Shown here piece after piece: positions 14,411 to 22,320 of a stretch of 22,320 nucleotides of DNA (within the stretch, counting starts at the first letter, position 1; the number at the start of each line of letters is the position of its first letter). The stretch is from Candidatus Methylomirabilota bacterium (lineage in GTDB: Bacteria; Methylomirabilota; Methylomirabilia; Rokubacteriales; CSP1-6), in NCBI GenBank assembly GCA_046726415.1, contig JBKPAK010000089.1, positions 1 to 22,320 of the forward strand. Reading direction: 5' to 3'. The notes beneath the pieces are model-generated. The model was not told the DNA's origin, made no database searches, and saw only the letters and a list, made by a program, of their open reading frames with translations. The position numbers and the translations under genes were made by a program.

Positions 14411-16116
14411 GCGTGGCCCGCCGCGGACATACATACCCCCAAGTCAGGGTGCTCGCGAGGGACCTGATCAATGCAACCGTCGGTTCGCTCGAGCCCGGCG
14501 CGAGCATTGAGGACGGGGTGGCTCGCGCCACGCGCCTCGACATCGCCGGATTCGTCCTGTCCCCGCGCTCGGGCCAAGCTGTGCTCCGCGACGATCTCCG
14601 ACGCGCTGCTGCGCTGGGACTCGGCGACGTGCCGGCCGCGCGGGTGACTCGGCCGGTCGCCGTGGTCGACGCGAGGGTCAGCGAGATCGCGGTCCGCCGA
14701 GAGCTGGCAGGCGGGGCGCCGTTTGTCGTTGTTCGCGACGGGGCGACCTTGGTGGGCGCGGTGGCTCCGGTCGGCGCGTTCCCGGGCCGACCGCGGGGTC
14801 CATCGCTGGCCGGGCGGCTGGCAACCGCGGTCGACCGCGAGGCGTACCGGCTCCTCCGGCGCGCCGGCCTTCTCGCCGAGCACGCGGGAGGCCGGGCCTT
14901 CGCGGTGGGAGGAGTCGTCCGCGATGCGGTGCACGGCGTCGAGACCGCGGTGGCCCGCGATATCGACGTCGTGGTCGAGGGAGACGCCCTCGGGATGGCT
15001 CGTCTTCTCGCCGCAGAAATGGGAGGCGCGCTCGTCGAGCACAGGCGGTTTCTCACGGCATCCGTGCGGGGGCGGAGGGGTCGCCGAGTGGACGTCGCCT
15101 CCGCCCGCGCCGAACACTACGACGAGCCCGGGGCGCTGCCGCGCGTCCGGCCCGCTGCCCTGGACGACGATCTGCGCCGGCGCGACTTCACGGTGAACGC
15201 GATGGGCGCCGAACTCTCCTCGGGAGCCTTGCTCCTCATCGACCCTCTCGGGGGACAAACCGATCTTCGAGAGCGCCGCCTGCGGGTCCTGCACCCCCTT
15301 TCTTTCGTGGAAGATCCCACTCGCATCTTCCGCGGGGCGCGCTACGCGACACGCCTCGGCCTGACGGCCGACGCCTGGACGATCGACTGCCGGAAGCTCG
15401 CGCTCGACTTGGCGCCGTATGGCGCCTTGTCCGGTGTCCGTCTGGTGGCCGAGCTCAAGCACATCCTGAGCGAGCCGGAACCGGAACGCGCACTCGCCAG
15501 ACTCGGTGCCGACGCGGCCTTTGGCCTTCTCGATCGGCGCATTCGCTACACCGCCCTCACCGCCCACTGGCTCTCCGCCCTCGGCTCGACCCGCACATGG
15601 GCGGAGACCCACGCCCTGTCCGTGACTCCGGTGGAGCTCCTCCTGCTCGTCCTTCTCGGTGACCAGGCACCGGGAATCGCTGCCGACGTCCTCCGGCGCC
15701 TCGCGGTGAGCGGTGAACCCGGTGCACGCCTCCTCCGGACCCTGGAGCAGACGGCCGTGACGGTCGCCCGACTGCGGGGCGCGACGAGCCGGAGCGCGGC
15801 CGCGCAGATCCTGCGTCGCCGACCGGCGCTGGAGCTGGCGTGGTGCTGGCTCATCGGCGACGCCGCCCTTCGCCGCGCGGTGACGCGGTTCGTCGAGCAC
15901 GACGCCGCGGTGGAGCCCTGGCTGAGGGGCGCTGAGGTCGTGGCGCTCGGGATCGCGCGAGGGGCCGGGGTGGCCCGTGTGCTGGACGAGCTCCGCGATG
16001 GGCGGCTGGACGGGACCTTGGCCACTCGCACGGCGGCGATGCATCACGTGCGGCGGCGTGCGCGTTTCCGCCCCGACCGGCGGGCGAGGGGACCATCAGA
16101 GCGGGAGGAGGGGTGA
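14407..16116 (+). CDS. Class II tRNA nucleotidyltransferase with degenerate CBS-like N-terminus (probably A-adding type)
   Basis: [44 protein letters not shown] and [19 protein letters not shown] (14398-14403) supports a start at GTG 14407 or 14413 rather than 14230. Confidence 0.88.
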   Translation: MSVARRGHTYPQVRVLARDLINATVGSLEPGASIEDGVARATRLDIAGFVLSPRSGQAVLRDDLRRAAALGLGDVPAARVTRPVAVVDARVSEIAVRRELAGGAPFVVVRDGATLVGAVAPVGAFPGRPRGPSLAGRLATAVDREAYRLLRRAGLLAEHAGGRAFAVGGVVRDAVHGVETAVARDIDVVVEGDALGMARLLAAEMGGALVEHRRFLTASVRGRRGRRVDVASARAEHYDEPGALPRVRPAALDDDLRRRDFTVNAMGAELSSGALLLIDPLGGQTDLRERRLRVLHPLSFVEDPTRIFRGARYATRLGLTADAWTIDCRKLALDLAPYGALSGVRLVAELKHILSEPEPERALARLGADAAFGLLDRRIRYTALTAHWLSALGSTRTWAETHALSVTPVELLLLVLLGDQAPGIAADVLRRLAVSGEPGARLLRTLEQTAVTVARLRGATSRSAAAQILRRRPALELAWCWLIGDAALRRAVTRFVEHDAAVEPWLRGAEVVALGIARGAGVARVLDELRDGRLDGTLATRTAAMHHVRRRARFRPDRRARGPSEREEG

Positions 16117-16117
16117 C

Positions 16118-17722
16118 GTGGCGCCGAAATATGTCTTCGTGACGGGAGGGGTCGTCTCATCGCTGGGCAAAGGTCTGGCCTCGGCCGCCATCGGAGCGCT
16201 CCTGGAGGCGCGGGGCTTTCGGGTTTCCCTCCAGAAGATGGACCCCTACATCAACATCGACGCCGGCACCATGAGCCCCTATCAGCACGGCGAGGTGTTC
16301 GTGACCGACGATGGGGGCGAGACGGACCTCGATCTCGGCCACTACGAGCGCTTCACCTCATCGCGGGTCACCCGCGATCACAACCTCACCGCGGGCAAGG
16401 TGTACTTTTCGGTGATCCAGAAGGAGCGGCGGGGCGACTACCTCGGGCGGACGGTGCAGGTCATTCCCCACATCACCGATGAGATCAAGGCGGCCATCCG
16501 CGGAGTGGGTGATACCGCCGATGTGGCCATCGTGGAAGTGGGTGGGACGGTCGGGGACATCGAAGGCTTGCCGTTTCTCGAGGCCGTGCGCCAGATCAAA
16601 AAGGACGTCGGCCGTGACAACTGCATCTACGTGCACCTCACCTTGGTGCCGTTCATGCAAGCGGCCTCCGAACTGAAAACGAAGGCGACCCAGCACTCCG
16701 TCAAGGAGTTGCGGGCCATCGGCATCCAGCCCGATGTGCTGCTCTGCCGCACCGACCGGTACCTGCCGCCGGGCATCAAGGCCAAGATCGCGCTCTTCTG
16801 CGACGTCGAGGAAGATGCCGTCATCACCGCCAAAGACGTGGATACCATCTACGAGGTGCCCCTGGTCTTCCATCGCGAGGGGCTGGACGCCATCGTGGTC
16901 AAGCTGCTCAAACTTCCCGAACGACCGGCCGACCTGAGTCGGTGGGAAGACGTGGTGCGGCGGGTGAAGTCACCGCAGCAGGCCACCCGCATCGCCGTGG
17001 TCGGCAAGTACATCGACCTGAAGGATTCGTACAAGAGTCTCAGTGAGGCCCTCGCCCACGGAGGCATTGCCAACGACGCGCGCGTCGACGTGGCCTGGGT
17101 GGACGCCGAGCACATCGAGCGCGACGGCGCTGGGCAGCACCTGAAAGCCGTCCATGGCGTTCTCGTCCCGGGGGGATTCGGAGACCGCGGCATCGAGGGG
17201 AAGATCGCGGCCGTCCGCTATGCCCGCGAGCACGGCGTGCCGTTCTTCGGTATCTGTCTCGGCATGCAGTGCGCGGTGATCGAGTTCGCTCGGCACCTCT
17301 GTAACCTGGCGGGGGCCAACTCCTCGGAGTTCGATCCGACCTCACCCCATCGCGTGATCGATCTCCTCCCCGAACAGCGCGGCATCGATGCCAAGGGCGG
17401 TACCATGCGGCTCGGTCTCTATCCCGTCGTGCTGGCGGAGGGAAGCAACGTCTCCCGGCTCTACGGGGAGGGCATCATTCGGGAGCGCCATCGCCACCGT
17501 TACGAGGTCAACAACGACTATCTTCAAGATCTCGAGAAGAACGGGTTGCGGGTGTCCGGCGTGTGGGCAGAGAAACAGGTGGTGGAGATCATCGAGATCC
17601 CCGATCATCCCTACTTCGTGGCTGGACAGTTTCATCCGGAGTTCCGCTCGCGGCCGTGGGAGCCTCACCCTCTGTTCGCGGGGTTCGTGGCGGCCGCCCT
17701 CGCTCACCAGATGAGCCTCTGA
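16118..17722 (+). CDS. pyrG: CTP synthase
   Basis: GTG start after [56 protein letters not shown] and QFHPEF. Confidence 0.99.
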   Translation: MAPKYVFVTGGVVSSLGKGLASAAIGALLEARGFRVSLQKMDPYINIDAGTMSPYQHGEVFVTDDGGETDLDLGHYERFTSSRVTRDHNLTAGKVYFSVIQKERRGDYLGRTVQVIPHITDEIKAAIRGVGDTADVAIVEVGGTVGDIEGLPFLEAVRQIKKDVGRDNCIYVHLTLVPFMQAASELKTKATQHSVKELRAIGIQPDVLLCRTDRYLPPGIKAKIALFCDVEEDAVITAKDVDTIYEVPLVFHREGLDAIVVKLLKLPERPADLSRWEDVVRRVKSPQQATRIAVVGKYIDLKDSYKSLSEALAHGGIANDARVDVAWVDAEHIERDGAGQHLKAVHGVLVPGGFGDRGIEGKIAAVRYAREHGVPFFGICLGMQCAVIEFARHLCNLAGANSSEFDPTSPHRVIDLLPEQRGIDAKGGTMRLGLYPVVLAEGSNVSRLYGEGIIRERHRHRYEVNNDYLQDLEKNGLRVSGVWAEKQVVEIIEIPDHPYFVAGQFHPEFRSRPWEPHPLFAGFVAAALAHQMSL

Positions 17723-18564
17723 TGCTCGTCCGCGAGGTCGTGGCCGGCGGGGTGCGGATCGGTGGGAACTGCCCGCTCGTGCTCATTGGCGGGCCGTGCG
17801 CCATCGAAAACGAGCAGCACGCCATCATGACGGCCGAGCGGATCGCCGCCATCACGGCCAGTCGCCGTGTGCCCTTCGTCTACAAGTCATCCTACGACAA
17901 GGCCAACCGCTCCTCCCTGCACAGCTACCGCGGTCCGGGACTGGCCGGCGGTCTGAAAATACTCAAGAGGGTCCGCGAGGTGGTCGGCGTCCCGGTGCTC
18001 TCCGATATCCACCAGGTGTCAGAGGTGGAGCCGGCCGCCGAAGTCCTCGATATTCTGCAGATTCCTGCCTTCCTGTGCCGGCAGACCGATCTGGTCATGG
18101 CCGCGGGCCGGACGGGTAAGCCGGTCAACGTCAAGAAAGGGCAGTTCGTGGCGCCCCGGGACATGCGCAACGTGATCGAAAAGATCCAGGCCACCGGCAA
18201 CCGCGACATTCTGTTGACCGAGCGGGGCACCTCGTTCGGCTACCACAACCTCGTGGTGGATTTCCGCTCCCTGGCCGATATGCGGGAGCTGGGCTGCCCC
18301 GTGGTCTTCGACGCGACGCATTCGGTGCAATTGCCTGGCGCGGCCGGAGACCGGTCGGGGGGCGAGCGGCAGTACGTTCCCGCGCTCGCGCGAGCCGCGG
18401 TGGCCTTCGGAGTCGACGCGATCTTCATGGAGATGCACGAGGATCCCGATCGCACGCTGCCCGATGGCCAGCCGCTGTCCGACGGGCCCAACATGCTCCG
18501 CATCGACGATCTTCCACGCCTCCTCGACGCGATGCTCGCCATCCGTCAGGCCCAGGTGTCGTGA
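17722..18564 (+). CDS. kdsA: 3-deoxy-8-phosphooctulonate (KDO8P) synthase
   Basis: TGATG overlap with pyr[37 protein letters not shown] and DATHSVQ. Confidence 0.98.
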   Translation: MLVREVVAGGVRIGGNCPLVLIGGPCAIENEQHAIMTAERIAAITASRRVPFVYKSSYDKANRSSLHSYRGPGLAGGLKILKRVREVVGVPVLSDIHQVSEVEPAAEVLDILQIPAFLCRQTDLVMAAGRTGKPVNVKKGQFVAPRDMRNVIEKIQATGNRDILLTERGTSFGYHNLVVDFRSLADMRELGCPVVFDATHSVQLPGAAGDRSGGERQYVPALARAAVAFGVDAIFMEMHEDPDRTLPDGQPLSDGPNMLRIDDLPRLLDAMLAIRQAQVS

Positions 18565-19535
18565 CGAGATCCGAGTCGCCGCGCCGCATCGCGGAGCGCG
18601 TCTTGCGGCTCGAAGCCGATGGTATCGTCGGTCTCATCGGCAAGCTGGACGAGTCGTTCGACCGGGCCGTGCAGATGCTCCGCGACTGCACGGGCCGCGT
18701 GATCGTGACGGGCATGGGGAAGTCGGGAATCATCGCCCGAAAGGTGGCGGCGACCCTCGCCTCCACCGGCACACCCGCGCACTTCCTGCATCCCGCCGAA
18801 GGCGTACACGGGGACGTGGGCATGGTGGCGCGCGGTGACGTGGTGGTGGCCCTGTCGAATTCCGGCGAGACCGAGGAGATGCTGGCCATCCTGCCCCCGC
18901 TCAAGCGGATCGGGGTGCCTATCCTGCTGATCACCGGCAAACTGCAGTCGACCCTGGCCCGGCAGAGCGAAGTCGTTCTCGACGTCAGTGTGTCAGAAGA
19001 GGCCTGTCCCCTGAACCTCGCCCCGACCACCAGCACCACGGCGGCGCTGGCCATGGGCGATGCGCTGGCCATGGCCCTGCTGGAGCTGCGCCAGCTGCGA
19101 CCGGAAGACTACGCTGCGCTTCACCCGCGCGGCACGCTGGCGTGGCGCGCGCTCTTCCGGGTCGCCGATTTGATGCACACGGGGGAGGCCGTGCCCATGG
19201 TCGGCGAGGGGTCGCAGCTTCGCGAGGTCATCGTCGAGATGACCCAGCGAAACTTGGGAATGACCACCGTGGTGGATCGCGAGGGGCGCCTGTGGGGAGT
19301 CATTACGGATGGCGACTTGCGGCGATTGCACTTGCGAGACCTCGACATCGCGCGTCTCACCGCTGGGGAGATGGCCACGCGTCATCCCAAGGTCATCGCG
19401 GCTGACGAACTGGCCGCCAAGGCCCTGGAAGTGATGGAAGCCCTTGCGATCACCAGCCTCGTCATCGTCGACGGGGACCAGCGACCACGCGGTATCATTC
19501 ACATGCACGACATCCTGCGCGCCAAGATCGCCTGA
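18561..19535 (+). CDS. kdsD: Arabinose-5-phosphate isomerase (KpsF/GutQ family; SIS + 2 CBS)
   Basis: [42 protein letters not shown] and ITDGDLRR. Confidence 0.96.
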   Translation: MTRSESPRRIAERVLRLEADGIVGLIGKLDESFDRAVQMLRDCTGRVIVTGMGKSGIIARKVAATLASTGTPAHFLHPAEGVHGDVGMVARGDVVVALSNSGETEEMLAILPPLKRIGVPILLITGKLQSTLARQSEVVLDVSVSEEACPLNLAPTTSTTAALAMGDALAMALLELRQLRPEDYAALHPRGTLAWRALFRVADLMHTGEAVPMVGEGSQLREVIVEMTQRNLGMTTVVDREGRLWGVITDGDLRRLHLRDLDIARLTAGEMATRHPKVIAADELAAKALEVMEALAITSLVIVDGDQRPRGIIHMHDILRAKIA

Positions 19536-19599
19536 GACCATCTAAGATGGCCACGGGTTGCCCCGAGCGGTATTTTCCGCCAGCAGCTGTTTTTGCTTG

Positions 19600-19623
19600 T
19601 GGTAGGCTGGTCCCGAAATTGCA
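19600..19623 (+). promoter_or_regulatory. Candidate internal promoter(s) for lptCAB-rpoN: extended -10 overlapping a sigma-54-like -24/-12 element
   Basis: TGgTAGGCT at 19600-19608. CTGGTCCCGAAATTGCA at 19607-19623 has GG-N10-GC spacing. Confidence 0.4.
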
Positions 19624-19650
19624 GCGAGACGTCGACTGCGCCAATTAACG

Positions 19651-20199
19651 ATGCATCGCCTGGCACTGGGAATACTGGCTGGAGTCGTCGCGTTCACCGC
19701 GGTGATCGCGGGGATTCTCGTGGCCAATCGCCGGCCTGTCCCTGCGGAGCCGCCTACCAGCGCCTCGGCGGCGGACCTCACGGTCAAGGAAGCGAGCATC
19801 CGGGAAGAGTCTGGCAAGGTCCGCTGGCATCTGACCGCGAAGCAGGCCATGGTCTTCGAGCGCGAAGGACGGACGAGGCTTCGGGACGTCGCCGTCGAAG
19901 TGCAGGAGCCCGAGCGCTCATGGACCATCAAAGGCGAAGAAGGGGACCTACTCCACGCCCGGAACGACCTCGAGATTCGCCGGCACGTGGTCCTCACTTC
20001 CAGTGACGGTCTGCGGCTGGAGACGGAAGTCCTCCAGTGGAGCAACGGCGAGAAGCGGGTGTGGACCAACTCGCCGGTGAGGATCACCCATCCGAGTGGC
20101 GTGATCACCGGTGCCGGACTCGACGTCCGGCTGGCTGACGAGACCACGACGGTCACCGGGCGGGTCCGGGCAATCTTCGAGAGAGGGTCACCCTCCTGA
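19651..20199 (+). CDS. lptC: LPS export periplasmic protein LptC
   Basis: Single N-terminal TM helix, then WHLTAKQA, GLRLETEVLQW, TNSPVRI and ITGAGL beta-jellyroll pattern. Lies before lptA and lptB. Confidence 0.9.
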   Translation: MHRLALGILAGVVAFTAVIAGILVANRRPVPAEPPTSASAADLTVKEASIREESGKVRWHLTAKQAMVFEREGRTRLRDVAVEVQEPERSWTIKGEEGDLLHARNDLEIRRHVVLTSSDGLRLETEVLQWSNGEKRVWTNSPVRITHPSGVITGAGLDVRLADETTTVTGRVRAIFERGSPS

Positions 20200-20789
20200 T
20201 CACGCGAGGGCGGCGAACCATCGGCGCGGCGGTCATCGCCATCACCGTGTGGGTGACGGCGGCCGCGGCAACCGCCCAGGCGCCCGGCCTGAGCGCCCCG
20301 CCACCGGCGCGCAAAAAGGTCGAGGAGCGGAGCCAGCCGGTGACCGTCGACGCCGACAAGATGGAGCGCTTCGGCAAGGAGAACCTCGTTGTCTTCTCGG
20401 GTAACGTGGTGGCGCGCCAGGATGGATCCGTGCAACACACCGATCGGATGGAGGTCTACCTCGACGAGCGTGGCGACCGGATCCTCCGGACTGTCTCTAC
20501 CGGTAACGTCAAGGTCGTGACCAAGGACTGTCGCTTCGGGACGGCCCTCCGGGCCGAGTACTTCGAGCCTCAGAAACTCGTTCGCTTGATCGGGAACGCC
20601 CGGGTCTGGCAGGACGACAACGTCGTCACTGGCGACACCATCGACTTCTACCTGTCCGAGGACCGAGCCGTGGTGGAGGGGGGCAAGCAGGGCCGCGTGA
20701 AGGCTCAGTTCTTCCCCAAGGACGAGGGGCGCCCGGCGGCGGACGGTGCAGCGCTCCCCAGCAAGTCGACAACGCCCTGTCCGAGTTGA
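20196..20789 (+). CDS. lptA: LPS transport periplasmic protein LptA (probable CTG start at 20196)
   Basis: PVTVDADKME, VFSGNVVARQ, TGNVKV, LIGNARVWQDDNVVTGDTI and GRVKAQF. A full signal peptide is only obtained from 20196. Confidence 0.92.
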   Translation: MITRGRRTIGAAVIAITVWVTAAAATAQAPGLSAPPPARKKVEERSQPVTVDADKMERFGKENLVVFSGNVVARQDGSVQHTDRMEVYLDERGDRILRTVSTGNVKVVTKDCRFGTALRAEYFEPQKLVRLIGNARVWQDDNVVTGDTIDFYLSEDRAVVEGGKQGRVKAQFFPKDEGRPAADGAALPSKSTTPCPS

Positions 20790-20796
20790 CCGCGCG

Positions 20797-21519
20797 ATGG
20801 AGGGACTGGTTGCGCAGGGCCTCGAGAAGTGGTTCAGGCACCGCAAGGTGGTCAACAACGTCTCCCTCGACATTCAGCGAGGGGAGGTGGTGGGTCTCTT
20901 GGGGCCGAACGGTGCCGGCAAGACGACGTCGTTCTACATGATGGTCGGGCTCCTGGCGGCAGACCGCGGACGCATCTTCCTCGAAGGGCAGGAGATCACC
21001 TCCCTCCCCATGTATCAGCGCTGTCGCCTGGGGCTGGGCTACCTCCCGCAGGAGTCCTCGGTCTTTCGCAAGCTGACGGTGGAGCAGAATCTCCTGGCCA
21101 TCCTCGAAACGCTCGACGTGTCGGGCGCGGAGCGACGTGAGCGCGCCCGGGAGTTGCTGGCCGAGCTCAATCTGACGGCCCTGGCTCCGTATCCCGCCTA
21201 CACCCTGTCGGGGGGAGAACGGCGGAGGCTCGAGATCACGCGGGCCCTGGTGACTTCGCCTCAGTACCTCATGCTCGATGAGCCCTTTACGGGCATCGAT
21301 CCCATCGCCATCGGGGACATTCAGGAGATCGTGGGGCGTCTGCGCGACCGGGGCATCGGGATTCTGATCACGGACCACAACGTGCGCGAGACGCTCGCCA
21401 TCACCGATCGGGCCTACATCATGTACGATGGGACGATCCTCGTCTCGGGGACCGCCTCGGAGATCACCAGCAACGCCAGGGCTCGCGAGATTTACCTCGG
21501 CGAGAGGTTCACCCTCTAG
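20797..21519 (+). CDS. lptB: LPS export ABC transporter ATP-binding protein
   Basis: GLLGPNGAGKTT, YLPQESSVFRKLTV, LSGGERRRLEI, LDEPFTGIDP and ITDHNVRETL. Confidence 0.98.
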   Translation: MEGLVAQGLEKWFRHRKVVNNVSLDIQRGEVVGLLGPNGAGKTTSFYMMVGLLAADRGRIFLEGQEITSLPMYQRCRLGLGYLPQESSVFRKLTVEQNLLAILETLDVSGAERRERARELLAELNLTALAPYPAYTLSGGERRRLEITRALVTSPQYLMLDEPFTGIDPIAIGDIQEIVGRLRDRGIGILITDHNVRETLAITDRAYIMYDGTILVSGTASEITSNARAREIYLGERFTL

Positions 21520-21539
21520 GCTTCCCACGACGAGTCACC

Positions 21540-22320
21540 ATGGCCATGGAAACGCGGCTGTCTCTGCGGCAAAGCCAGCGGGTCGTCATGACCCCGCTGC
21601 TGCAGCAGGCCATCCAGCTCCTCCAGCTCTCGACACTCGAGCTGCAAGAGGTCGTCCAGAAAGAACTCCTCGAGAATCCGCTGCTAGAGGAGACGCCCGA
21701 GACCCCCGAGGCGAGCCCGGGAGAAACACCCGAGCCCGCGGTCGAGGCCGCCCCCCTGGAGCTGGCGCCGCGCGACGAGCGGCAGGTGGACGAACAGCGG
21801 AGCGACGAGCTTCCCTTCGACATCACGGCAGTCATGTTCGACGACGCCCCCGAACGCTCGCTGGTCGCCCAGGAGGAACACGAGGAGCTTCCGTTCGACA
21901 ACATCGCGCGCACCACATCCTCGCTCACCGATCATCTGGATGAGCAACTCCGGTTCGCCACCGTAGACCCCGTGCTGCGCGCCATTGGCGGGGAGATCAT
22001 CGGCAACCTCGACGAGGATGGGTACTTGCGGGCGGATCTCGAGGAGATCGCCCAACGGTGCGGGGTGACCGCCTCCGACGTGGAGAAGGTGCTCATCCTC
22101 GTGCAGGGGTTCGATCCGCCCGGCGTGGCCGCGCGCTCGGTGCAGGAATGCCTCCTGCTGCAGTTGCGCGCCGATCCCACCCCGGATCCGCTGGCCATCG
22201 AGATCGTGGAGGAGCACTTCGATGCGCTCAGCAAGCGGCGCTACGCCGATATCGCGCGAGCCCTCAAGCGCCCGGTCGATCGCGTCATGGAGGCCATCGA
22301 GGAGATCATGGCCCTGGAGC
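21540..22320 (+). CDS. rpoN: RNA polymerase sigma-54 factor, 3'-truncated (absent from the ORF track because no stop is in the window)
   Basis: Hand translation from ATG 21540: MAMETRLSLRQSQRVVMTPLLQQAIQLLQLSTLELQEVVQKELLENPLLEE...IIGNLDEDGYL...QGFDPPGVAARSVQECLLLQL. Canonical position after lptB. Confidence 0.98.
   Translation, partial: MAMETRLSLRQSQRVVMTPLLQQAIQLLQLSTLELQEVVQKELLENPLLEETPETPEASPGETPEPAVEAAPLELAPRDERQVDEQRSDELPFDITAVMFDDAPERSLVAQEEHEELPFDNIARTTSSLTDHLDEQLRFATVDPVLRAIGGEIIGNLDEDGYLRADLEEIAQRCGVTASDVEKVLILVQGFDPPGVAARSVQECLLLQLRADPTPDPLAIEIVEEHFDALSKRRYADIARALKRPVDRVMEAIEEIMALE

Noticed and set aside
19548..19561. TGGCCACGGGTTGC as a sigma-54 promoter
   Set aside because: GG-to-GC spacing is 9 nt rather than the required 10.
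1..22320. tRNA, rRNA, CRISPR array, IS/integrase or prophage
   Set aside because: None seen. Intergenic gaps are short, with no regularly spaced direct repeats, cloverleaf motifs or transposase/integrase ORFs.

Overview
High-GC bacterial chromosomal window made up almost entirely of housekeeping genes from a diderm (LPS-making) organism. Gene style suggests Methylomirabilota/Rokubacteria or a deltaproteobacterium-like lineage, which is an unverified impression. Gene order: 5'-truncated FprA-like NADPH:ferredoxin reductase, monoheme cytochrome c, HNH endonuclease-uvrB-uvrC-small secreted protein, leuS-lptE-holA-ceramidase-like hydrolase, rpsT (minus strand), murJ, a 240-nt structured intergenic element with a strong promoter, CBS-like/tRNA nucleotidyltransferase, pyrG-kdsA-kdsD, lptC-lptA-lptB, and 3'-truncated rpoN. 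I found no mobile element, CRISPR array, rRNA or tRNA. No complete novel system is demonstrable. The best leads are non-coding: (1) a ~180-nt candidate sRNA or leaderless uORF downstream of murJ; (2) two palindromic operators, one Rex/CRP-like, at the cytochrome c promoter; (3) an apparently leaderless HNH gene heading uvrBC with a palindrome over its -35; (4) a candidate sigma-54 site ahead of the lptCAB-rpoN unit; (5) probable CTG start codons.
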